In this document: piece after piece, positions 28,182 through 37,653 of the stretch
How the letters are laid out: each line of letters begins with the position of its first letter
Numbering within the stretch: the stretch's first letter is position 1
Assembly (NCBI GenBank): GCA_002410925.1
Contig: DHPR01000031.1
Span: 1-37,725, forward strand
DNA from: a bacterium UBP13_UBA5359
GTDB taxonomy: Bacteria > UBP13 > UBA5359
DNA: 37,725 bases
Direction of reading: 5' to 3'
Made by a program: the position numbers and the translations under genes
Notes under the pieces: generated by a model
Databases searched by the model: none
What the model saw: only the letters and a program-made list of their open reading frames with translations
Told to the model about the DNA's origin: nothing

Positions 28182-30452
28182 ATGAAAAAGAGGGTTCTTA
28201 AAGGCACTCTGTCAATCATCGTGTTGCTGAGTGTCACAATGGCTGCCGGCAGCATAGGTGCAACTGAAACGAAGATTGAGAAGCCTGAGTGGGCCGGCAA
28301 TAAGATCGGTTATGAGGCCCTTGATCCTGATTACGTAGATGTAGACTACGGTCCTATGATTGTCAGCGGTAAGACGGCCATCTCTCTCTTCAAGAAGATC
28401 ACCCTGGCCAAATCAGGGCTGCCGGAGATGATCTCGGTTAAGGACAATAAAATCATAAGCGGGCCGGTAAAGCTCCTTTTGGAAAATGAAAAGGGACCGA
28501 TTCTTTATAATGTAAGTGATTGTAAATTAACGCAGAGAGGCAAGAGCGCCGCCGAAGGTGTCGCCAAGTTTGCTGCCGGGGCAGTTGAAGTAGAGATCAA
28601 AAGCCAATTTGAATTTGACTTTACTGTACGCTATCTGATTACCTTGACGCCGAAAAGAAAGACTCTTCTGAAGAGAGCGGCATTGGTTTTTCCTATGAAT
28701 CTGGATGGCGAGAAGCTCTGCCTTTATTACAAGGAAGGTCCGGATAAGCCGGAGGCCGGTGTGGATGCGCAGAAGCGGCGTGTGCATAAAACTATCAAAG
28801 AGGATGACTATGATCAGATCATGCCAGGCTTTTGCTCCATCTTCTGGGTGGGCAATACCAATTACGGCCTCTCTTGGAACTTTGAATCAGCCAGAGGCTG
28901 GAATGTCGTCAAGGGGAGCGAACTGCAGTATGATCCCGGCACCAATAACATGACGATCAATTTCATCAATAGAGCAACGGAATTGAGTCAGCCGGTGACA
29001 TATAAGTTCTTCCTAACACCTACCCCGCTGAAGAATATGCCTAAAAACTGGCGCACCTGGAACTACGCATGGCGGGGGACTCCTGAGCAGAAGATAGATC
29101 GCAAGCTGATAAATCAGCTTATCTACTGGTCCAGCACCTGGCGCGGAGGGGGTTATAATCCGCAGTGGGTACGTAATCCCGAGCTACTTAAAAGGGCAGC
29201 TCAGGAAGATGCGGGCATGAATAAGGCCAACTACGTAATACCTCAGCTCAATACCTGGCAGATGACCTGGGAGGCAGAGGATGGCAGTTTTTATGTGCTT
29301 GAAGATAAATATCTGAAGATGCTTTGTGAGAAGTATGCCCGCACTCCCGGTATGAAAGGAAGAGAGATAGATATTCCTGAAGATGCTATCTATTTCAAAA
29401 ATATCGAGGAACGCAACAGGGTTTTGGGACCGGCCAGCTTTCCCAATGCCAAAATCAAGAGCACGGGTGTAACGTATGATGTAGTCTTTGCACCGGAGAT
29501 GGCTGATCACATGCTCTGGGCAGTTGACAAATTTGCCAATGAATATGGTGTAGGCGGTATTTATTACGATGGCATCAACCCGCAGCAGAACTACAGTGAT
29601 TGGGCTGCCTGGACGGATCCTGAAGGGAATAAGCGTCCCACCTTCCATTACGAGTGGCAACGAGAACTTCTCAAGAGAGTTCGCTCTGTCGTCAAGAAGG
29701 CCGATCCCAATGAGATGATAACGGCTCATCAGTCAGGCACCAGGCCTGCATCGACACTCTCTCTTTGTGATGTTATTATTCCGGGCGAGACCTTCTTCTA
29801 TTGGTATCACGAACCGGAAAAGCGTGATGCCTCATCCGATGGCGATTTTTACTATGCTCATATTATAGGGGATATAGATAATGTAAAGACAGAGTTCTTT
29901 CATCGCCAATGGGGTGTGCCTCATATTCTATTGCCGGAAGTACGGGGCAAGGATAGCAGGATATTCCCTAAGCCCGCCAAGGGTACTCGCACTATGCTGG
30001 CTTATACATTGCATTTCGATATGCTTTACTGGCCGACTATGTGTGATACGGGAGAGATATTCAAGTTATACAAGATAAGGAATGCCTATGGCATGGCAGA
30101 TACCAGCGAAGAGACGATAGAATTTATACCGTATTGGGAAAACAGGGTGTTCAAGCCTAGCGACCGCAATGTCAAAATCAGTTATTACGATAAGGTCAAA
30201 CAGCATGAACCCTATACCAGCTATGATATTCGTAAGAAATATCTGGTAATAGTCTCCAATCTTCAGTTTGGCGGCGCTGAATTCAATATTACTCTGCCGG
30301 CTAAGCTGCAAAAGGTCAAAATCAGAGAAATGCAGGCAAACAAGGAGGTAGTTCCGGAGAAGGGCAAGTTTTCCTGCAGCCTGGAGGCTTACGACTTTGC
30401 CATCTATGAAGTTACCGGCGAATTGCTAGAGCAGAGCAAGGGAACGTGGTAA
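28182..30452 (+). CDS. Secreted DUF6067/GH123-like putative glycoside hydrolase
   Basis: Start re-called at ATG 28182 (RBS GGGAGG). Signal peptide; motifs WVGN..GL.W..ES..GW, TP.K..P..WR, GIYYDG, GE, QWGVP..LP, EFIPYWEN. Confidence 0.65.
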   Translation: MKKRVLKGTLSIIVLLSVTMAAGSIGATETKIEKPEWAGNKIGYEALDPDYVDVDYGPMIVSGKTAISLFKKITLAKSGLPEMISVKDNKIISGPVKLLLENEKGPILYNVSDCKLTQRGKSAAEGVAKFAAGAVEVEIKSQFEFDFTVRYLITLTPKRKTLLKRAALVFPMNLDGEKLCLYYKEGPDKPEAGVDAQKRRVHKTIKEDDYDQIMPGFCSIFWVGNTNYGLSWNFESARGWNVVKGSELQYDPGTNNMTINFINRATELSQPVTYKFFLTPTPLKNMPKNWRTWNYAWRGTPEQKIDRKLINQLIYWSSTWRGGGYNPQWVRNPELLKRAAQEDAGMNKANYVIPQLNTWQMTWEAEDGSFYVLEDKYLKMLCEKYARTPGMKGREIDIPEDAIYFKNIEERNRVLGPASFPNAKIKSTGVTYDVVFAPEMADHMLWAVDKFANEYGVGGIYYDGINPQQNYSDWAAWTDPEGNKRPTFHYEWQRELLKRVRSVVKKADPNEMITAHQSGTRPASTLSLCDVIIPGETFFYWYHEPEKRDASSDGDFYYAHIIGDIDNVKTEFFHRQWGVPHILLPEVRGKDSRIFPKPAKGTRTMLAYTLHFDMLYWPTMCDTGEIFKLYKIRNAYGMADTSEETIEFIPYWENRVFKPSDRNVKISYYDKVKQHEPYTSYDIRKKYLVIVSNLQFGGAEFNITLPAKLQKVKIREMQANKEVVPEKGKFSCSLEAYDFAIYEVTGELLEQSKGTW

Positions 30453-30473
30453 GGGAAGCAAGGAAGCAATAAG

Positions 30474-31502
30474 ATGAAGAAATTTATGATGATAGGTATA
30501 TCGTTAGCATTATTAGCCGGTTTCACCGGTCAGGCGGCTGCAGCCGAGAGCGATCTTCTGGCTGCAGCTCTGGCCGGACAAAGTGATGAAAGGATCGAAG
30601 ATGGCTGCTACGGGTTATCGGAAGTAATGGTGCCTTATGATAGAGGCGGAGCGTTGCTGATCTTGCCGAAGAAAGATGGCAAGACATTCAACAAAATTGT
30701 TGCGCCGGCTATCAAAGTCAAGCCATCAACGCGGTATGTTATTGACTGGGAAGTTTTGCCGCAACAATCTTTACGACTGTTGGTTTTTACGGTATATGAA
30801 AATCCGCGCAACGGTCGGGATCCGTTGAATCATGTGATGAGCTTTGAAAATAGTTCTGCTTTTATGCGGGTGGAAAAAGAGATCATTACGCCGCCTGATG
30901 CTACAAGGCTAAGGTTGCATATTTATCTCAGTGCTAAATCTTTGAAATCCGACACCCTGCTAGGCTTCTTTAAAAGTCTAAAAATACGTGAAATCGGTCT
31001 CTCGCAACCCGCTCCGGCACTGCAAAGCTTGCTGGGTAAAAATATTTTGCCGATAAGCAACTTCGATGCTTTGGAGGTCGGCGAGAAAGATCTCTCTAAG
31101 ATGGGGCTTTTCACTGGATTTGCACAGAAACCTTATGCTGCTGAAATAGTAAGGGACGAAGGCGGGCGTAAAGTTCTTCGCGTGAATTATAAGCCTGGCG
31201 ATTATCAGTATATCTCCTGGTATTCGCCGGGGATTATGAATCTTTATGGCTCTGCCGGAACCATGAAATGCCGTATGAGAGGCAAAGGAAGGGTTCAATT
31301 GATGGTTTTCTGGGGGAGACCGAAGTTTCATTCTATTTTTCGTCATTTCGGTTTCTTTGACCTAACGCCTGAATGGAAGGAATACAGTGTGGGTATAGGC
31401 TGTGACGACCCGCTGACCGAGAGAGTTTCGGCAACCATCGCTTGCCGTGATAACGAAACCGAATTTGAAATTTCCGATATTAGTTATATTTTGGCCGATT
31501 AA
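30474..31502 (+). CDS. Secreted protein with two CBM/galactose-binding-like beta-sandwich modules
   Basis: Signal peptide ending AAA|AE; jelly-roll-like motifs IKVKPSTRY, ITPPDAT..RL, MRGKG, LTPEWKEY, EISDI. Confidence 0.55.
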   Translation: MKKFMMIGISLALLAGFTGQAAAAESDLLAAALAGQSDERIEDGCYGLSEVMVPYDRGGALLILPKKDGKTFNKIVAPAIKVKPSTRYVIDWEVLPQQSLRLLVFTVYENPRNGRDPLNHVMSFENSSAFMRVEKEIITPPDATRLRLHIYLSAKSLKSDTLLGFFKSLKIREIGLSQPAPALQSLLGKNILPISNFDALEVGEKDLSKMGLFTGFAQKPYAAEIVRDEGGRKVLRVNYKPGDYQYISWYSPGIMNLYGSAGTMKCRMRGKGRVQLMVFWGRPKFHSIFRHFGFFDLTPEWKEYSVGIGCDDPLTERVSATIACRDNETEFEISDISYILAD

Positions 31503-31754
31503 GAAGATGCTTTGGAAAATACCGGCATATTTATAAAATGGCAAAGACTTTCAATGGCAAAGTGCTGGATCAAGGCAAAGGAATCTGATAAGGGAGATGG
31601 GGAAGCTCAATATATTAGACATGGGTTATGCCTGATTGAGATCAAGTGATGTTATTGTGCCAGGGACCGTAAGGGCGCTTTTTTAGCGCAATTATAGCGA
31701 TAAGCTATGTACACAGATTATTATTTATCAGGTAAAGGGAGTAACAAGAAGAAT

Positions 31755-33077
31755 ATGAGTGCGATTGAAAGATGGAAAAGGCTTATGGCAGGAGCGCTTC
31801 TTCTTGTCGGCGGCCTCTTTTTAGGAGGATGCGCGGGCGATAAAAAGAGGATGGATAACACGGATAAGGCGGAAGTAAGATGGTATATCTGGGCTGTTCC
31901 GGAAACAGAGAAGGTATACCGTGAAATGGCCGATGCTTTTGAAGCGGAGAACAGCGATATTAGAATCAAGCTGGAAGCTGAGCCATGGTCCAGTTATAGC
32001 AGAAAGCTGCTTACCATGATGGCCGGCGGTACGGCGCCTGATGTTTTTACCACCGAATATGTTCTCTTTTATCCCTGTGTGGCCAAGGGCCAGGTATTAT
32101 CGCTTGATAAGTATATCGCCAAGGATAAGAGCTTCGCTCCGGATGATTTCTTCCCGCAAACATTAGAGGCTTGTAAGGTTGACGGCCGCTTATATGCTCT
32201 GCCCAAGGAAGTAAATGTTCTATGCATGTATTACAATAAGAAGCTTTTTGATGCGGCTGGTATGCAGTACCCTGCTGATGGCTGGACATGGCAGGATTTT
32301 TTACAAAAAGCAAAGGCGATAGCCGCCATTAAAGAGGGCAGAAATAAAAATTTCGGTTTTTATGTTTATTGCAAGAGCACGGGATATCTACCATGGATAT
32401 TACAGAATAACGGCAGTTTATTTGACAGCGATAATATGCCGCCACGGTATGCAAACCTTGATTCTCCGGCAGTTCAGGAAGCTTTGCAATTTCTGGTAGA
32501 TTTAATTTGCAAGCATCATGTTGCACCGACAGCCTCGGAGGAGCAGGGACTGGGGGATATCTTTGCCAACGGCAGGCTGGGCATGATGTCAGCCTGGATG
32601 ACATCTATAACCCGATATGAGAAGCAGATAAAGAGTTTTGAATGGGATGTTGCCCCATTGCCGGCCAATAAAAAGAGAGCCAATCTGGGACTGGTACTTA
32701 TGTACGCCATATCTTCACAAACGAAACATCCTGAGGAAGCATATCGTTTTACAAGGTTTTTAGCAGGTGAAAAGGCGCAGAAGATTCTGGCTGAATCGGG
32801 AATGGCTGTTCCCGTACTGCGCTCTGTTGCTGAATCTCCGGCTTTTATAGGAGAGGGAAAGAGAGCATCCATGATGTCCAAGATTGTCGATTCCATAGCT
32901 TATGCAGACTTTAATTTTACTCATGTACGTGCACTGCCGAATATGCAAGAGATAGGCGAAACCATTGATAGAAATCTAGAGCTTGCCTTTATGGGGAAGA
33001 AAAGTGTTAAAGATGCCTGTCTTGGCGCTAAAAAGGAAGCTGATAAGCTAATAGCTGAAGAGCGCTCGCGTAAATAG
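31755..33077 (+). CDS. Sugar ABC transporter substrate-binding lipoprotein
   Basis: Lipobox FLGGC; KLLTMMAGGTAPDV, YYNKKLFDAAGMQYP, WDVAPLP, KHPEEAYRF. Exact start uncertain (31707, 31755 or 31785). Confidence 0.88.
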   Translation: MSAIERWKRLMAGALLLVGGLFLGGCAGDKKRMDNTDKAEVRWYIWAVPETEKVYREMADAFEAENSDIRIKLEAEPWSSYSRKLLTMMAGGTAPDVFTTEYVLFYPCVAKGQVLSLDKYIAKDKSFAPDDFFPQTLEACKVDGRLYALPKEVNVLCMYYNKKLFDAAGMQYPADGWTWQDFLQKAKAIAAIKEGRNKNFGFYVYCKSTGYLPWILQNNGSLFDSDNMPPRYANLDSPAVQEALQFLVDLICKHHVAPTASEEQGLGDIFANGRLGMMSAWMTSITRYEKQIKSFEWDVAPLPANKKRANLGLVLMYAISSQTKHPEEAYRFTRFLAGEKAQKILAESGMAVPVLRSVAESPAFIGEGKRASMMSKIVDSIAYADFNFTHVRALPNMQEIGETIDRNLELAFMGKKSVKDACLGAKKEADKLIAEERSRK

Positions 33078-33135
33078 AGCCGGAAACAGAGGTTTTTATC
33101 TGTTTTTATTTCTAAAAAAACGGAGGTATACGTAA

Positions 33136-36100
33136 ATGAGATTCTCAAAAGAGATGAAAATTTTCAAAAGATTGGCGAGAAATCTTTTCTTGTGGCAGTT
33201 CTGTGGTCTTTTCCTCTTTGCCGGTTTTGCTATGGCAGGGGAGCTTTCTTCATTAAAACCGGGCATTATTAAAAGAGAGGCTCTTATACGCGAGGAAAGC
33301 ATCGCTGTCCAAATAGATGTAAATAATATTGCCGGCGTTAATAAAGATATGAGGGCGATCATCAATATCAAACCGGAGCATGTTGATCAGAATGATGATA
33401 TAGCGCTGGCAACCGCCTCAATAGATACTTTCCCTGCCGGCAAGGGGAAGGCTAAGTTATCGATTAAGGGGCTTATTCCGGCAAAGTACCGTCTGAACGT
33501 TATCGTTTACGAAGGCAAGAAGATAGCATTTAATCACGATGAATATTTCGATATTTCCAAAGCCGATGGAGCGAAGGATGCAAATGTTCGTGTTAAGGCT
33601 GTATTCGGCAGCATAGAGGAGGCTTTTGCCACGGCTCAGGGCAATTTAGTGTCGATAACCTTTGAAGAGAATGAAAAGATTGATGCAGCATTGGAAATCC
33701 TTGATAAAAAGAATGTCTCCTTCAAGGAGGGATATAAAAGCCGGCAGGGGATAGGGATTACGAGTTCCGGAGAAAAGGCGCAGCTTGCATTTCGTATTCG
33801 GCCCTTGTCAGTAGTGAATGGGGAAAAAATCGATATTTCTTTTAATTATAAGACAAGCAATGCTCTGGAAAAGAAGCTTTTGTTGATGGTCTATTATTAT
33901 AATAAGGATAACAAACAGCTTAGGGTGAGCTATATAAAGGTACCGCAATCATCTGATTGGACCTTTTTCTCCTGCTCGCAAGATGTGCGTACGGGAGAGG
34001 CGTATATGGCTGTAGTCTTTCGTTTTGATGGCGCGCCTACTACAGAGTGGGCGGTAATTGACAATATAACCCTATCAAAGGTCAGGGAGCGCAAAAGAGA
34101 TGCGGCCGCTGTAGAGGCCTTTTTAAAGACGGCTGACCTGGAATGGCTGAAAAAACCCGTTGGCCTGGAAGCTCTCTCCGATGATACCGTTCTTCCACCT
34201 TTTACCTCTGTAGCTGTTCAAGGCAATACCGTAGAAGTTTGGAACCGTAAGTATGGGTTTAATACTATAGGCTTGCCATCTGAAGTAGTTACCGCAAATG
34301 CTTCGATATTGAATGGGCCTATTACTCTGTCCTGCCTTTCCAATGGAATTGATCTTTTTTCCGAGTTGCAGCATAATCGCAAACCGATAATCAGTAAGAG
34401 AACGAAAGGTAAGGTTGAATTTACACGTAAAGCAAATCTGAAGGATATCGGTGTTTCCTTTAAATCAAGCATAGAGTACGATGGCTTTGTTTGCTATACA
34501 ATGACAATTGTTCCTCGAAAGGCGGTGCTTATCGATAATCTGCGCTTGGAGATACCGCTGAAAGAGGAGTATGCTCGGTATCTTTACGCAGGGGGTGAGC
34601 CAACAATCCGGACAACCGATGGCCCCAAGATACTTGATCGGGCACTGATGAAGGCTCTTGATGGAGAGGGAGTATTATGGCAAAGCCCATTCAAACCATG
34701 GATATGGCTGGGCGATGACGAACGAGGCTTTGAGTGGTTCTGCAATAGCGAGCAAGGATGGTACCCGCAGGATTATTCCAGCAGGCAGAGAGCTCAGCAG
34801 GTAGTTAAAAAGGGCAAAACCGTTTCTATCAGTATCTCTCTAATCTCGGCGCAAAAGGAGCTTAAAAAGCCTGTCACCTATACATTCGGCTTTATAGCCA
34901 CGCCCGTGCGCCCTGAGCCGAAGGGTTGGCGGGCATGGAAGTTCAAGATAAAGAATTACTGGGATTATGTTTCCGGCAGCGAAAAGGCCAATATATTCAA
35001 CTATTGGCCAGCGCCGCCGTGGTCGGAAATAATACATTCGCCGGAGATACCGGATAAGGAGAAGTACCGGCTTATTGCCGAAGAAGATCATCGTAAAGGA
35101 CATACTGTCTTGCCGTATATCTCTCCCATACTCTTTGGATACGGCATACGATCAAACAAGGAAGAGCTTGCACATAACCCTGTGTATGATCCCTTCTCTG
35201 AAGAGTGGGCTTTGCATAATCCTAACCCCTCCCTTTTAACGACCAGGCGTGGAAAGACAGACCACATAGCAAGCTTTGTCTGTCCGGTAAGCCGTTGGGC
35301 GGATTATATGATCTGGAGCATGAAAAAGCATGCCCAATGTGGAGCTGACGGCATAAGCATATTTGATGGCGGCACAGGGCCATGCAGAAACACTCTTCAC
35401 GGTTGCGGCTATTCCGATGACGCGGGGGAGGTGAATTCCACATATACCGGTCTTGCAGTGCGCAATATGTGTAAAAGATTACTCTATATGTTCAATCAGG
35501 AGCGCGGCTCGATAAAGAGTATAACCGGGCTGGGCATCGACCATACGCATTACGGCAATGGTGATGTTGCTTTTAAAGGAGCTTTCTTTGACGGAGGGCT
35601 TAAAGGCGAAGAGTTAAATAGTGGATATTATCTTGAATCTGCTGAATGGAAGAACAAGTTGTTCCAGGATCAGTATTACTATGCAAATATGCTTCCGCTG
35701 GAAATCTTCCGTATCGGCTGGGGGCACCAATGGGGCTGGGTGCCCATATTCTTCCCTCAATTGACAAAGTCTCCCGGCATTGATAAAGAATGGGCAAGCA
35801 GCCCGGAGGGAACAAAGGATTTCATGGTTTTGGCATTGCTGCATGACTGCCGGGTGCTGCCGCATTGGTGCCATGTGAAGACAGTGTTCGACGTGTGGAA
35901 TGCCGAGGATAAGTTTGGGCTGGGAGATGACGATGTCGAATTTCTACCGTATTGGAAGAACGAAAGGTATGTAAAGAGCTCAAGCGATAGCGTGAAAGTG
36001 AGTCTTTACAGGAAAAAAGAGGCGATAATGGCTATCATCGGCAATGTCGCCAAAACTCCCGAGGAAGTACAGGTAAAGTTGAACCTGGCAGAAATAGGCG

Positions 36101-36219
36101 CCGTTAAAAAGTCTAAAAAGGTGTTTGATGGAATTACCGATGAAAGCCAAAGCTTCGAAAAGAATACGTTCAACTTTAAAATCCCTCCCCGGGATTACAA
36201 GATAATAATAATACAGTAA
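33136..36219 (+). CDS. Large secreted protein: Ig-like + CBM-like + DUF6067/GH123-like domain
   Basis: Signal peptide ending FAMA|G; motifs VLPPFT, EYDG, WLGDDERG.EW...S..GW, ATPVRP.P.GWR, GE, QWG..P.F.PQ, LLHD, EFLPYWKN. Confidence 0.65.
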   Translation: MRFSKEMKIFKRLARNLFLWQFCGLFLFAGFAMAGELSSLKPGIIKREALIREESIAVQIDVNNIAGVNKDMRAIINIKPEHVDQNDDIALATASIDTFPAGKGKAKLSIKGLIPAKYRLNVIVYEGKKIAFNHDEYFDISKADGAKDANVRVKAVFGSIEEAFATAQGNLVSITFEENEKIDAALEILDKKNVSFKEGYKSRQGIGITSSGEKAQLAFRIRPLSVVNGEKIDISFNYKTSNALEKKLLLMVYYYNKDNKQLRVSYIKVPQSSDWTFFSCSQDVRTGEAYMAVVFRFDGAPTTEWAVIDNITLSKVRERKRDAAAVEAFLKTADLEWLKKPVGLEALSDDTVLPPFTSVAVQGNTVEVWNRKYGFNTIGLPSEVVTANASILNGPITLSCLSNGIDLFSELQHNRKPIISKRTKGKVEFTRKANLKDIGVSFKSSIEYDGFVCYTMTIVPRKAVLIDNLRLEIPLKEEYARYLYAGGEPTIRTTDGPKILDRALMKALDGEGVLWQSPFKPWIWLGDDERGFEWFCNSEQGWYPQDYSSRQRAQQVVKKGKTVSISISLISAQKELKKPVTYTFGFIATPVRPEPKGWRAWKFKIKNYWDYVSGSEKANIFNYWPAPPWSEIIHSPEIPDKEKYRLIAEEDHRKGHTVLPYISPILFGYGIRSNKEELAHNPVYDPFSEEWALHNPNPSLLTTRRGKTDHIASFVCPVSRWADYMIWSMKKHAQCGADGISIFDGGTGPCRNTLHGCGYSDDAGEVNSTYTGLAVRNMCKRLLYMFNQERGSIKSITGLGIDHTHYGNGDVAFKGAFFDGGLKGEELNSGYYLESAEWKNKLFQDQYYYANMLPLEIFRIGWGHQWGWVPIFFPQLTKSPGIDKEWASSPEGTKDFMVLALLHDCRVLPHWCHVKTVFDVWNAEDKFGLGDDDVEFLPYWKNERYVKSSSDSVKVSLYRKKEAIMAIIGNVAKTPEEVQVKLNLAEIGAVKKSKKVFDGITDESQSFEKNTFNFKIPPRDYKIIIIQ

Positions 36220-36239
36220 AGATGTAAATAATGCGGATA

Positions 36240-36355
36240 ACGGCATGGAGATCCTTTATCTCGGCGCCATGTCAGCCGGCGTAAATATATTTCTGATGCA
36301 TTTAAAACCGGCAGTGCCGCCGCTAACTTCGAGAGCGGTCTGGACTGGGAGTAAA
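36240..36355 (+). pseudogene. Decayed copy of the 3' end of the prepilin-type gene (28053-28169)
   Basis: Manual alignment gives about 98/117 identical positions, 18 substitutions and a 1-nt deletion. Ends at the same TAA. Confidence 0.85.
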
Positions 36356-36520
36356 TGTGAAGCAATATAGCCGGGGCATAGAGTAGCGGTGCTCGCAAAA
36401 GTAAGTTGTTGTAAACAAAGGGGCCGTTGTGAAAAAGCGGCCGCAGCCCTATGCCGAGCATGATATTTGCAAAAAGTATCCGATAGTAATGTCTAAATCT
36501 TTAGCAATCAGGAGGTTGTT

Positions 36521-37378
36521 ATGAAAAGAATGATATGTATCTCTTTGATGACGCTGGTAATGTTTTCGTTAAGTACGGCTGCCTTTGGCGGACAAAACCT
36601 ATTTAAGGCTGGTGATGCGGAAGCTCCTGATGCAGCATCTGCCTGGGATAAACCGGTGAGCATTTGCACCACTGATAAAAAGGCGGGTAAGGCCTCATTT
36701 GAGACTTCCGAGGTTCCGATAATTTTGATAAGCAAGGAGCTGATACCGGTTGATTCTTCAAAAAAATATGAACTCTCAGCTTTCTTAAAATCAGCCTCAG
36801 GTTCAGCTGATGATCCGAGTGTTTGCTCGCTGGGCCTGGCTATGTTCGATGTTAACAAGAGAAGCATCATAAAATCCAATGCCGTCATAGTACCGGATAC
36901 GGAAACCGTTCTTGTTGAAGCGGCGGTAAAGGGCGAAACGACGATTGCAATAGCTGATGGTTCTAAATGGGAGAAGAGAAGGAGTATTCCTACGGCTGTG
37001 GCTTTTAATGCTAAGCCGGAATTGGCAGATCTTCCCAACTATGAATATAGCAGCAGCATCTCTGTCTTTACAAAAAATGATAACGGTAGCTATAAATTAA
37101 AGTTAAGCAAGCCTTTGGCCAAGGGCTATCCCGCAGGCACCAAAGTGCGCCAACATCATAGCGGCTTTCTTCAGCCGGTGGTTGCCGTAGTCAGGATACC
37201 TGCTGAATGGACAGAATATAAAATGTATTTCGAGGGCGTGAGCACCTCCGAGGAGGACAGGGATAAGTTCTGGCAAGGCACGAAATATGTCAAGATCTTT
37301 ATAATAGCCAACATGTGGGGAAGGAAAGGGCCTAGATTGCTCTTTGATAATATAGAATTTAAAGAGATTGAAAAATAA
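36521..37378 (+). CDS. Secreted hypothetical protein, CBM-like sandwich with an inserted domain
   Basis: Signal peptide; QNLFKAGDAE, IPVDSSKKYELS, WTEY, LLFDNIEFKE. RBS AGGAGG. Confidence 0.6.
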   Translation: MKRMICISLMTLVMFSLSTAAFGGQNLFKAGDAEAPDAASAWDKPVSICTTDKKAGKASFETSEVPIILISKELIPVDSSKKYELSAFLKSASGSADDPSVCSLGLAMFDVNKRSIIKSNAVIVPDTETVLVEAAVKGETTIAIADGSKWEKRRSIPTAVAFNAKPELADLPNYEYSSSISVFTKNDNGSYKLKLSKPLAKGYPAGTKVRQHHSGFLQPVVAVVRIPAEWTEYKMYFEGVSTSEEDRDKFWQGTKYVKIFIIANMWGRKGPRLLFDNIEFKEIEK

Positions 37379-37653
37379 AGAGCTCATAGAGAGTTCACAG
37401 GGTGAGAGTATATTTGAATATATTTTTGAATATATTAAAGATTTAACGACGGAAGAGCTTTACAGCGCAGTACCGAGGGCTTAAATATGTAGCAATGAAA
37501 GGCAAAAAACGGCAAAGCGTGACGATGAGCTATGAATATGGGGACAAAGCGCAGGTACCCGTGACGAGGTTATAATTACTATAATCTGCCGGGAAGCAGT
37601 ATAATGACGCCGTGTCTAAGATAGCTTTACAAGAAGGGGGCAGGAGGTTAATC

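Noticed and set aside
31537-31582. Three GGCAAAG-containing short repeats
   Set aside because: Too short and irregularly spaced for CRISPR or iterons. Possibly a decayed coding remnant.
28053-36355. Diversity-generating retroelement (VR/TR pair at the pilin 3' end)
   Set aside because: Mismatches are not adenine-specific (many are C/T changes), there is an indel, and no reverse transcriptase is present in the window.
37411-37437. Tandem TTTGAATATATT repeat upstream of the oxidoreductase
   Set aside because: AT-rich, only two copies, and no match to the operator. It cannot be distinguished from slippage.
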